Both the position numbers and the translations under genes were made by a program. Below are positions 54,097 through 62,691 of a DNA stretch of 64,000 nt, in pieces. The notes under the pieces were generated by a model that saw nothing but the letters and a program-made list of their open reading frames with translations, was not told the origin of the DNA and ran no database searches. The number at the start of each line of letters is the position of its first letter. Position 1 is the stretch's first letter. This DNA comes from an uncultured Nannocystaceae bacterium (GTDB lineage Bacteria > Myxococcota_A > Polyangia > Nannocystales > Nannocystaceae): NCBI GenBank assembly GCA_964432695.1, contig CAYSPB010000001.1, positions 30,138-94,137 of the forward strand, written 5' to 3'.

Positions 54097-55461
54097 ATGG
54101 ATTGGTCGAAACGGGTGCATGCCAAGGAATGGCTCCTGCTGTGCTTCCTTGGAGCAGGGTGTGGGCGAGGTGGGTGTTGCGACCCCTTCGGCGAACCGGA
54201 CGAATCCGAGCCGGTCGGATGTGGGTACGGCGATCCTTGCGATGAGCTGACCGGCGAAGGCTGCGACGAAGAGGTGGAGCCCGAACCTGAACCGGAGCCG
54301 CTGCCCGATCCGTCTCAGTTCGGATGCGAACAGTACGGCGCAGCGACGCTCGACCGAGCCACGGAGGTGCTCGAGACGGTTCATGCCGCGGTGCAGGGGA
54401 TTCGGAGCGCGGGAAACTGGCGCGAGCGGCTGGCGTGGGAGGCGATGGCACGAACACGCCAAGCCCTCATCACCCCGCCGAGGGACGGCGATGCGGACCC
54501 AGGGTCCGACACGGACACGGGGGCAACGGACCCAGGGACGACGGACCCAGGGTCCGATACGGACGCGGGGGCAACGGACCCAGGGACGACGGACCCAGGG
54601 TCCGACACGGATCCGGGTGAAACGGACCCAGGGACGGCGGACCCAGGGCTCGATACAGACACTGGCACGACGGACTCAGGGTCCGGCACGGACGGCGGCG
54701 ATACCGACGGAGATCCGGAGCCTCCCCAGGCTCCGCCCGAATGGACCTTCGACGCGGGGAACTACGCGCTGACGGATGGCGGCCTGACGATCGAAGCCCG
54801 CTGGCGCACGACGGAGCCCACCGACTTCGGGATCCCGAGCGAGCCGCTGCAGGCTGATCTCCGCCAGCCGGCCACATACTTCGTCGACCACGCGTTCGTC
54901 GTCACCGAAGACGGGATGCCACCGCTGCTGCCTCGGGCCGGGGAAATCACCTTCTCCGAGCCCACGGCCTACGCGGTGCTCCTCGGCCTGCCCGAACCGC
55001 TCCCCAACCCGTACGCGATCATGCGCGCCGAGTTCTTGGACCTCTCGGGCGTATTCGACGACGCCGCCTTTGCGCCAACGAAGCTGATCGAGGACGAAAC
55101 GCAGATCTCGGTGAGCGCGCTCGGCGAGGACGCGGCCTGGATTTCACTGGAGGCCGCACCCGACGAGCCATCGACCCTGTGGCAGCTCTTGGTGGGGACG
55201 TTGAGCCGCTGGACCGTGTCGTCCCTCGAGGGGGGCTCGCCATCCCGGGGCCAGACCGTCGCGTTCAAGGACGCACGCATCTTCTATCAGGGCGTCGGAG
55301 GCGACCAGCTGCCGTACCCCAACGAGCCGAACTACGCCGTCAGCGGCCAATTTTATGGGTGGTTCGAAGTCGCGGTCGATGGCGGCGACGTGAACTACGA
55401 CGCGCGACTCGAATACGTCATCGGCGCCGAGCGTCCCGCGGTTTCGATCGAGTGCCGCTGA
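54097..55461 (+). CDS. Hypothetical lipoprotein with a DPGSDTDxGATDPGTT tandem-repeat linker
   Basis: The ATG at 54097 gives MDWSKRVHAKEWLLLCFLGAGC (lipobox). A Cys-rich segment and an acidic repeat follow, then a roughly 250-aa domain with no recognised family. Confidence 0.65.
   Translation: MDWSKRVHAKEWLLLCFLGAGCGRGGCCDPFGEPDESEPVGCGYGDPCDELTGEGCDEEVEPEPEPEPLPDPSQFGCEQYGAATLDRATEVLETVHAAVQGIRSAGNWRERLAWEAMARTRQALITPPRDGDADPGSDTDTGATDPGTTDPGSDTDAGATDPGTTDPGSDTDPGETDPGTADPGLDTDTGTTDSGSGTDGGDTDGDPEPPQAPPEWTFDAGNYALTDGGLTIEARWRTTEPTDFGIPSEPLQADLRQPATYFVDHAFVVTEDGMPPLLPRAGEITFSEPTAYAVLLGLPEPLPNPYAIMRAEFLDLSGVFDDAAFAPTKLIEDETQISVSALGEDAAWISLEAAPDEPSTLWQLLVGTLSRWTVSSLEGGSPSRGQTVAFKDARIFYQGVGGDQLPYPNEPNYAVSGQFYGWFEVAVDGGDVNYDARLEYVIGAERPAVSIECR
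54496..54690 (+). repeat. 48-nt in-frame tandem repeat, about 4 copies
   Basis: Units start at 54496, 54544, 54592 and 54640 (GACCCAGGGTCCGAYACGGA...). The first three units are near-identical and the fourth is degenerate. Confidence 0.85.
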
Positions 55462-55486
55462 GTCCACGCTCGGGTACAACCGCCGC

Positions 55487-56428
55487 ATGCAGGGCCTCTA
55501 CGCGATCGTCAACGTTCCCGAGCCCCACGGCCACGGCGTCGCCGAGTTGACGCGTGCCGTCTTGGCCGGCAAGGGGCGAGGCGGTCCGGGAGCGTCAGTC
55601 GTCCAGCTGCGGGCCAAGCATGCTTCGACGGCCGAGCGCATCGCGATGCTCGAGGCGATGGCGCCCATTTGTGCGGGCGCAGGCGCGCAGCTTTACGTCA
55701 ACGACGACCTCGATGCAGCGCTGGCTTCGGCAGCGAACGGGCTTCACGTCGGGCAGGGCGATCCAGGGGCGGACGAGCTTCTGGCTCTGCGAAGGCGCGC
55801 AGCCGAGGCTGGCAAGCCGACGCTGCGTCTGGGTCTGTCGACCCACGACAGTGCCCAGCTGGTGGCCGGCTGTCGACAGCGCCCGGATTACGTCGCGCTC
55901 GGACCGATCGCGCCGACGGTGTCCAAAGCCAACCCCGACCCCGTCGTTGGCTTCCCCGGACTTCTCGAAGGCTGCCGCCTCGCGACTCGACCTCTGGTCG
56001 CCATCGGTGGACTCGATCGCGAGACCGGTGCGGAGGCGATCTCTCTCGGAGCGACGGCCGTTGCCATGATCGGCGCGCTGCAGCACGCCGACCTGCGGGA
56101 GATCGAGGCCCGTGCTGCTTCGCTGGCGGAGGCGTTCGATCGCGCGGCAGCGCCGCTCCCGTTCGACCGGGTCTGTTCCGAGGTTCCGATCTTGGCACCC
56201 GATCAGCTCCTCGAGATCGCCAAATGGTCGGACGACCTGAGCGTGCACATCGGTCTCGGGCTGCCCGCCCGTTTTCGGCCCCGGTTCGAAGGCGGCGCGG
56301 CTCACTATCGGCCCTGCGACTTGCTCGATCTGTTGTATGTACTCGATAAGCGAGCGGATGAAACCTGGGCTGAGTGGACAGAGCGCGGTGGCGACGTCCC
56401 GACCGGGCTCGTTCAGCTTCGTCGGTAA
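55487..56428 (+). CDS. thiE: Thiamine-phosphate synthase with a roughly 100-aa C-terminal extension
   Basis: ThiE-like pattern: LYAIVN ... VVQLRAK ... LYVNDDLDAALASAANGLHVGQGD ... GLSTHD ... DYVALGPIAPTVSK ... LVAIGGL. 313 aa, whereas ThiE is usually about 210 aa. Confidence 0.75.
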   Translation: MQGLYAIVNVPEPHGHGVAELTRAVLAGKGRGGPGASVVQLRAKHASTAERIAMLEAMAPICAGAGAQLYVNDDLDAALASAANGLHVGQGDPGADELLALRRRAAEAGKPTLRLGLSTHDSAQLVAGCRQRPDYVALGPIAPTVSKANPDPVVGFPGLLEGCRLATRPLVAIGGLDRETGAEAISLGATAVAMIGALQHADLREIEARAASLAEAFDRAAAPLPFDRVCSEVPILAPDQLLEIAKWSDDLSVHIGLGLPARFRPRFEGGAAHYRPCDLLDLLYVLDKRADETWAEWTERGGDVPTGLVQLRR

Positions 56429-57201
56429 AAAGAACGAAGCGCGATGATCGTCTCGCGCGAGGCGGGCACTCATGAGGCGTGACGCGTCGCGCTACCAGCT
56501 TCGTCGTGCCCGACTCGAGGCGCCCGAGTCCGGACGTTCCCGGTCGCCTGCGGCGCCGATTCCCGCATGTTTCCGTCGCGAGGAACGTCGAGGCCGCCTC
56601 TCGAACCCTCGGCTGGCCCGAACCCGGCCGCGTTCGGAACGGCAGTGCGGGCGCCTCGAACTGAACCGCAGACGATCGACGTGCGTTCGGTGTCACGTCG
56701 ACTTCAATGCGAGGACGACATCGACGTCGCGGTGGGGCGGGATGCCTCGGAAACGCCTCGGACAGGGATGTCGGGGGCGTCGTGCCCCGACGCAAGAAGG
56801 CGTCCCGATCTGCGAACTTTTTTTGCGTCGGGCTCCGACATCCGTCACGCTGAATTTGTCGGTAGGGGAATGAGACGTTCAAACGCAGGCATTGCACGCG
56901 CGAAGCGAGTGACCACCGGTCCACTCCCCCGCGTGCCGGTGGCCGCGATGCGACGCGCTCAGACTCTCGAATCACGCATGCCGTTGATGTTCGCGTCGGC
57001 CTTCTTGGGGCTGATTGCGATTCAGGCATGGCTCGCGATGGGCTGAACCGCCGTTCTCGTGGGGCCGGTGGCCGGGCTCGCCGGCTGATGGCGGGTCCGC
57101 TTTCGTTTTTTTGCCACTCCGGTGCGCCCGGTAGCGCCGCCGCCGAGCCGAGCCGTATCATCTGAAGGCCTGCGGAACGCGGGCGACCGGAGAGATCTCT
57201 T

Positions 57202-60200
57202 TTGGCCGCAAACGACGACGCGCCGCCCAAGCCTCCTTCGCCTCGTCTTCCGCCGCCGCCGCCGAAGCGGCGCACCGGAAACACGCCCGCCGCGAGCGGA
57301 AAGCTGCCGCCGCCGCCGCGAAAGCGGTCGACGGGTGAGACCACCAAAGCGGGTGCGAAAGCCAAGCGCAGCAGCGGAGAGACGCCGAAGGCGGGAGGTT
57401 CCACCTCCAAGCCGAGAACTCGGCCGTTGCCCGAGCTGAAGCAGCGGATCGCAAAGGGGCGCAACGAATCGCCCAAGCCCGAACAAAAGGCACAGCCGCT
57501 CAAGGCCACGCCCAAGCCACGTCGCCTCGGTGCCGAGGCGCGCGGCAACGTGGTCGCCCCCGTCGCTGGCGAGATGCTGATCGGTCCCGGCGATGAAGAC
57601 CGAACCAAGCTGCACCGAATCCCACCTGGTCTCGGAGCGGCCGACGTCGGAGAAGAGAGCCGAACGCTCGCAATGCACCGACCGGGATCCGGCGGGACGA
57701 TGCCGGCCACGGGTTCGGCCAGCGTTCTCGAAGACTACGCCGACGAGGCCCGCCTCGCGATTCAAGACTACGAGCGCAAGCTCGACGGAGAGACGGACTC
57801 CGAACGTGTCGGTCGACTCCACTACGAGATCGCTCGTCTGGCCGAAACGGTGCTCGGAGATCTCGACCGTGCCTCCAAGCATTACGCACGGGCCCTCGAA
57901 GCCACGCCGGAGCGCTTGCCTGTCATCACGGGGGCCCGTCGCGTCATGCTGGCGCGCGACGAAAACGGCAATGCGCTCGAGCTCTTCGATCGAGAGCTTC
58001 GCGTCACGGCAGATCGCGGGACCCGTGCGTCACTGATGTTCGCCAAGGCACGGGTGCTCGAGCACCACCTCGGTCGCGCGAAGGAAGCTCGCGAGCTGTA
58101 CGAAGCCGCCTCCAATCTGGTGCCCAGCGACCCAGTGCTGATCAAGGCCGCCGAGCAGGCCGATTGGACGCTCCGGGACTGGGAACACTTGGCCGAAGCC
58201 TACGCCCGGCACGCGAACGCCGTCGGCGGGGACGCGAAGCACCGCGCTGCCTTGGTCGTGCGCAGGGCTCGACAGATCGAAGTCCATCGCGACGACGCGG
58301 ACGCGGCGGCACAGCTGTACGAAGACGCACTCGATATCGACCATCGTACGCCGGGAGCACTCGAGTCCCTCAAACGCCTGCACTACGACCGCCGTCGGTG
58401 GCGCGAGCTCATCCGCGTGCTCGAAACCGAGGGCGAGATGTCGAAAGATGCAGCGGGTCGCGTCGCGGCTCGCTATCGCGTGGGCCAGATTCACGCGGAG
58501 CGGCTCGGCAACCGCAAGGAGGGCATTGCGGCGTTCGAATCCGCTGCCCGAGAAGCGCCCGAGGAACCCTTCGTGCTCGACGCGCTGGCCCGCCTGTACG
58601 AGCGTGCCGGGGCCCATCCGGCGCTGGCCAACACGCTGACGCGGCTCGTCGACATCGCCACGGACGCCCGGGAGCGGCTGGGCTATCTGCACCGCATTGG
58701 TGAACTCTGTCGCGACGAGCTGCACGACGATGACGCGGCAATTCAGGCGTACGAAGCCGCGTTGGAAATCGACGCGACCTACGTCCCGGCGCTTCGGTCT
58801 CTCGCCCCGATGTATGCTCATCGGGAGAAGTGGGACCTGCTCGTGCAGATGCATGAGCACGAAGCCCAGGCCACGCATGAGCCGGGTCGGCGCGCCGTCG
58901 CCCACGCTCGCGCGGCCGAGATCCTCGAGCGCGCGGGTCGTCGCATCGAGTCGATCGGCCACCACGAACACGCGCTCGCCCTGGATCCCGGCCTCGCGTC
59001 GTCATTCCGCGCGCTGCTGCGTCTATACGCGCAGACCGACGAGCATCACAAGCTCGTCGAGCTGTACGAGCGCGCGCTCGACCATGTCGACACGCCGCGC
59101 CGGGTCGAATACCTGTTTTCGATCGGCGACCTGCATCGCGGTCCGCTCGATGACCCCGAGCAAGCCGAATCCGCGTACAAGCGGATCCTCAAGGTCGAGC
59201 CGAAGCATCTCGGTGCCGTGCACGCGCTGCAACGGACGGCCGAGCAAGCGTCCCGGTGGCGGCAGCTCGTCGACGCACTCGAGCTCGAGTCGCGCATCGT
59301 CAAAGATCGCAAAGAGATCGTTGCGCTGCTCTATCGCGCCGGCTGCGTTCTGCACGAACAGCTCAAGTCGCGAAACGAAGCGGTGGCGCGGTTCAAGCGG
59401 GTCTTGGAGATCGACCCGGTTCACAAGCAGACCCTGGCCAGCCTCGGGCGCATCCACCACGGCGAAGGCCATTGGGCAGACCTGGTCGATGTCTACGCGC
59501 GCGAACTCAACATCTGTGAGCCCGCCAGCAAGGTGGCGCTGCTGCACAAGATGGGGGAGGTCTACAGTCGGTACCTCTCCAACCCTACCAAGGCGGTCGA
59601 TTGCTTCCGCAAGGCGCTGGCCATCGAGCCGCGTCACGTACCTTCGTCGCATGCGCTCGCGCGCATCTTTTCGGATCGGAGCGAATGGACCGACCTGGTG
59701 CAGTTGGTCGAGCGCGAGGAGAAGCAGGCCAAGGATCCCAAGTCCGAGGCAACGGCGGCATTTCGCGTCGGGGAAATCTACGAGGAGCGGCTCGACGACC
59801 CCGCCAAAGCCGAGGCGGCTTTCGTACGGGCGGTTCGACTGCGGCCCCACGACGACGCCGCTGCCGAAGCGCTCGCGCGAGTTCGAACGCGGCTGTCGCA
59901 CTGGAAGGCGCTTGCTGAAGAACTCGAAGCTCGGGCATCGCGGACCGACGACCTCACCCGCCGCCTGGCGCTGCTGCTGCGGGCTGCCGAGGTCTGGTTC
60001 GACCGCGTCACCTCGGTGGACAAGGCCACGGCCTGCTACGAGCGAGTGCTGGAGGCGCAAGCAGACCACGTTGGGGCGCTTCTGAGTATCGAGCCGCTGT
60101 ACCGCAAGGCGGAGCGTTGGGAAGACCTCGCGGAGATGTACGCCCGGCAGGTGCAGGTTTTCTCGGACCCTGGCGCCAAGGCGGCCGCGCTCACCGAACG

Positions 60201-62691
60201 CGCGCGCGTGCTCGAACTGCACGCGCTCGGTACGCCCGCAGACCTCGTCGACTGCTACATGGCGGTCCTCGCGTTCCGACCCGCAGACCGAGGCGTGCTC
60301 GAGGGCCTCGAGCGGGTGGCGATGGGTACCGGCGACGCACGCATTCTCGTCGACGTGTACGCCCGGCTCGCCGACGCGGTGTCCGACGCCGAACTCAAGT
60401 CCGCGTACCTCACACGGCAAGCCGAGGCGATGGAAACCGCCGGGCAGCCTCAGGCGCTCGACGTCTATCGCAAGGCGCTGCGCCAAGATGCGGGCAACCG
60501 CGGCGCGGTGCGGGGCTTGGCTCGGGTCGCCGACCTGATCGGTCACGGGCCCGCAACGGTCGAGGCCTCGGCCGCGATGGCGAATCTCGCGAAGGATCCC
60601 GCGGTCGCGGCTGGCCACTGGGTGCGCGCTGGCGTGGTGAAGCTCGACCAGCTCGACGACCGCGATGGCGCGGTACAGGCGTTCGAAACGGCGCTGTCAC
60701 TGTGGCCGGATCACGTGGCCGCTGCCGACCGACTCAGTGCCGTGCTCACGCACAACGGCACGTTCGAAGTCCTGGTCGAGCGACTCAGCCGAGCCGCGAG
60801 CGAGGCGAACGAGCCCGAGCGTCAGCACATTCTCTGGGTCGAGGCTGCGCGGATCCATCAGCGCGAGCTTGCGAACCTCGGCGCGGCGCTTTCTGCCCTG
60901 CGCAAGCTCGTCGACCTGCAGCCCAACAACGGCGCCGCGTTGTTCGAGCTGGGCGCGCTCCTGCATTCGGACCGCCGCTTCGAGGAGGCCGTCGACCTGC
61001 TCAACGGCAGTCTCGAGACCGACCCCGATAGCGAGACCGCACAACAGGCCCACGCGCTCCTGGCTGCCAGCCACGAGGCGCTCGGGGACAGCGCCCGAGC
61101 GTACCGTCACTACGAGATGGCGCTCGAGCTCGCGCCCGATGACCACGAGCTGCTCCAGCGCGTCGTCAACCTTCAGATGGCGGATGAGGCCTACGACCGT
61201 GCCACTGCCACGGCGACACGGCTCGTGCAGGTGGCTCGCAACGATGGTGAGCGGTGCCGCAGCTTGGTGCTGCTGGCACGGGCCAAGCAGAACAACGATG
61301 CGCTGCCGGACGCGATCGGCCATCTCGCAGAGGCGGTGGCAATCGAGGGGCCCAGCGGGCGCGCCCGGGCCGAACTGGCCAGGGTGATCGAGGATGCCGA
61401 GGGGTGGCAAGCCTACGTCGACGCGCTTCGGTCTCAGCTTCGCCGGTTGTCTCTCGAGAAGGATGAGGCCACGCCGCTCCACCTCGAGATCGCGCGGATC
61501 CAGCGAGAGCGCCTCGAAGACGAGGCGGCTGCCATGAAGACGCTCTCCGACGGCCTGCGTGAGTGTGGCTCTGCGCCGCCGTTGCGCTTTGCTCTGGCGC
61601 AGAGCCTTCGTCGGGCGAATCGCAATAGCGAGGCGATCGAGCAGTTCCAGTATCTGCTGATGGAGGAAGTCGACCGCGCGGATGCCTGGCGCGCGCTCTC
61701 GGAGACCTACGGCGTCGTCGGTCAGGAGCGGCAGCAGAAGATGGCGATGGCATCGGTTGCGGTGCTCGGGGCAACCGGGTCCGACGAGCAAGCGCTGCTT
61801 CGGTCGTGGTCGCCGCTTACCGGCGCGGTCGGTGCAGAGATGCTCCGCGATGACGTGCTGGCGGAACTCTTGGTGGCGCGGGAGCAACAAGCCCCCGCGG
61901 CCGCCCTCATCGGTGCGATGTCCGAAGGCCTTGGTCGCATTCGCACGCCCGACCTCAGCATGTACGGGGTGTCCTCGCGGGATAAACTCTCGCCACGGTC
62001 TGAGCACCCGATGCGTTCCTTGGTGGATCGCTTGGCGCTCTCGTTTGGCGTCGAAGAGTTCGATCTGTACCTGCACAGCATGGTCGACCGTCCTGCGGTG
62101 GTCGAGAACACGCCTCGACCCTCGCTGATCCTCCCGAACTGGATGATCGAACTGCCGCGGGCCGGACAGGTCTTCATCATCGCGCACTCCCTCTTTCTGT
62201 TGTCGCGCGGGCTGTACCCGATCACGTTGTTCACTGCGCGTGAGCTGGAGATCATGCTCGCCGCAGCGGCACGGCACGTCTCTCCCAGCTACGGTCGCGA
62301 CGTCGCGCCGCGAGACGTTCTCGACGAGAACCTCCGGCTCCTTCTCAAGGGCCTACCTCGGCGTCGGCGTCGTGGCTTCGAAGCGGCGGCCGAGGTGTAT
62401 GCACGAGCTCGCCCGCTCGATGTGAACACTGCAGTGCAGTGGACGCGGCAGACCGCACGCCGCGTCGCCCTCCTCGTTGCTGACGATCTTCATGCCTCGC
62501 TCACCGCGCTCGGGCGCATCGAGGACCTCGGCCTGCCGATGGGTGCCGAGCTGGCGCGTAGCAATCCCGTGGTCGGCGACCTCATGAAGGTTTGGGTCTC
62601 GAAGCCGGCTATGACCGTGCGTCGGCGCTTGGGGTTGTTGCCCAACGCCTCGCCACGTACGGGACCGCCACGGCCGCCGGGTTCACGATGA
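57202..62691 (+). CDS. Giant (1829-aa) TPR-repeat protein with a Pro/Lys/Arg-rich N-terminus and a non-TPR C-terminal domain
   Basis: TTG start with the SD sequence GGAGAG 7 nt upstream. There are more than 30 TPR-like helix pairs (recurring ...A...YE.AL..DP....AL..L..LY). The last roughly 350 aa are non-repetitive. The opposite-strand ORFs are Arg-rich shadows. Confidence 0.85.
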   Translation: MAANDDAPPKPPSPRLPPPPPKRRTGNTPAASGKLPPPPRKRSTGETTKAGAKAKRSSGETPKAGGSTSKPRTRPLPELKQRIAKGRNESPKPEQKAQPLKATPKPRRLGAEARGNVVAPVAGEMLIGPGDEDRTKLHRIPPGLGAADVGEESRTLAMHRPGSGGTMPATGSASVLEDYADEARLAIQDYERKLDGETDSERVGRLHYEIARLAETVLGDLDRASKHYARALEATPERLPVITGARRVMLARDENGNALELFDRELRVTADRGTRASLMFAKARVLEHHLGRAKEARELYEAASNLVPSDPVLIKAAEQADWTLRDWEHLAEAYARHANAVGGDAKHRAALVVRRARQIEVHRDDADAAAQLYEDALDIDHRTPGALESLKRLHYDRRRWRELIRVLETEGEMSKDAAGRVAARYRVGQIHAERLGNRKEGIAAFESAAREAPEEPFVLDALARLYERAGAHPALANTLTRLVDIATDARERLGYLHRIGELCRDELHDDDAAIQAYEAALEIDATYVPALRSLAPMYAHREKWDLLVQMHEHEAQATHEPGRRAVAHARAAEILERAGRRIESIGHHEHALALDPGLASSFRALLRLYAQTDEHHKLVELYERALDHVDTPRRVEYLFSIGDLHRGPLDDPEQAESAYKRILKVEPKHLGAVHALQRTAEQASRWRQLVDALELESRIVKDRKEIVALLYRAGCVLHEQLKSRNEAVARFKRVLEIDPVHKQTLASLGRIHHGEGHWADLVDVYARELNICEPASKVALLHKMGEVYSRYLSNPTKAVDCFRKALAIEPRHVPSSHALARIFSDRSEWTDLVQLVEREEKQAKDPKSEATAAFRVGEIYEERLDDPAKAEAAFVRAVRLRPHDDAAAEALARVRTRLSHWKALAEELEARASRTDDLTRRLALLLRAAEVWFDRVTSVDKATACYERVLEAQADHVGALLSIEPLYRKAERWEDLAEMYARQVQVFSDPGAKAAALTERARVLELHALGTPADLVDCYMAVLAFRPADRGVLEGLERVAMGTGDARILVDVYARLADAVSDAELKSAYLTRQAEAMETAGQPQALDVYRKALRQDAGNRGAVRGLARVADLIGHGPATVEASAAMANLAKDPAVAAGHWVRAGVVKLDQLDDRDGAVQAFETALSLWPDHVAAADRLSAVLTHNGTFEVLVERLSRAASEANEPERQHILWVEAARIHQRELANLGAALSALRKLVDLQPNNGAALFELGALLHSDRRFEEAVDLLNGSLETDPDSETAQQAHALLAASHEALGDSARAYRHYEMALELAPDDHELLQRVVNLQMADEAYDRATATATRLVQVARNDGERCRSLVLLARAKQNNDALPDAIGHLAEAVAIEGPSGRARAELARVIEDAEGWQAYVDALRSQLRRLSLEKDEATPLHLEIARIQRERLEDEAAAMKTLSDGLRECGSAPPLRFALAQSLRRANRNSEAIEQFQYLLMEEVDRADAWRALSETYGVVGQERQQKMAMASVAVLGATGSDEQALLRSWSPLTGAVGAEMLRDDVLAELLVAREQQAPAAALIGAMSEGLGRIRTPDLSMYGVSSRDKLSPRSEHPMRSLVDRLALSFGVEEFDLYLHSMVDRPAVVENTPRPSLILPNWMIELPRAGQVFIIAHSLFLLSRGLYPITLFTARELEIMLAAAARHVSPSYGRDVAPRDVLDENLRLLLKGLPRRRRRGFEAAAEVYARARPLDVNTAVQWTRQTARRVALLVADDLHASLTALGRIEDLGLPMGAELARSNPVVGDLMKVWVSKPAMTVRRRLGLLPNASPRTGPPRPPGSR

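Noticed and set aside
54496-54690. Regular 48-nt direct repeats that might suggest a CRISPR-like array.
   Set aside because: The repeats are contiguous with no spacers. They are in frame and encode a DPGSDTD linker inside a lipoprotein gene. No cas genes are in the window.
55462-55486. Looked for a TPP riboswitch (thi-box, CUGAGA ... ACCUGAUCUGGAUAAUGCCAGCG) near thiE.
   Set aside because: Only 25 nt separate thiE from the upstream lipoprotein gene. No thi-box-like sequence is present there or in 56429-57201.
57007-57030. ggggctgattgcgattcagg resembles the 5' end of tmRNA (GGGGCUGAUUCUGGAUUCGAC).
   Set aside because: There is no tag reading frame, no T-arm/GGUUCGA-like element and no acceptor 3' end within the next 300-400 nt. 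That region is the TPR coding sequence. It is a chance similarity.
56948-57046. A 32-codon small ORF, MRRAQTLESRMPLMFASAFLGLIAIQAWLAMG, encoding a hydrophobic peptide. A T7 tract follows at 57106.
   Set aside because: There is no SD before either ATG. The hairpin preceding the T tract is poor (4-5 bp). I cannot distinguish it from chance, so I mention it only as part of the long intergenic region.
55698-57710. A 670-aa minus-strand ORF spanning thiE, the intergenic region and the start of the TPR gene.
   Set aside because: The composition is extremely Arg/Pro/Ala/Gly-rich with no motifs. It is antisense to well-supported genes, which is the typical high-GC shadow ORF.
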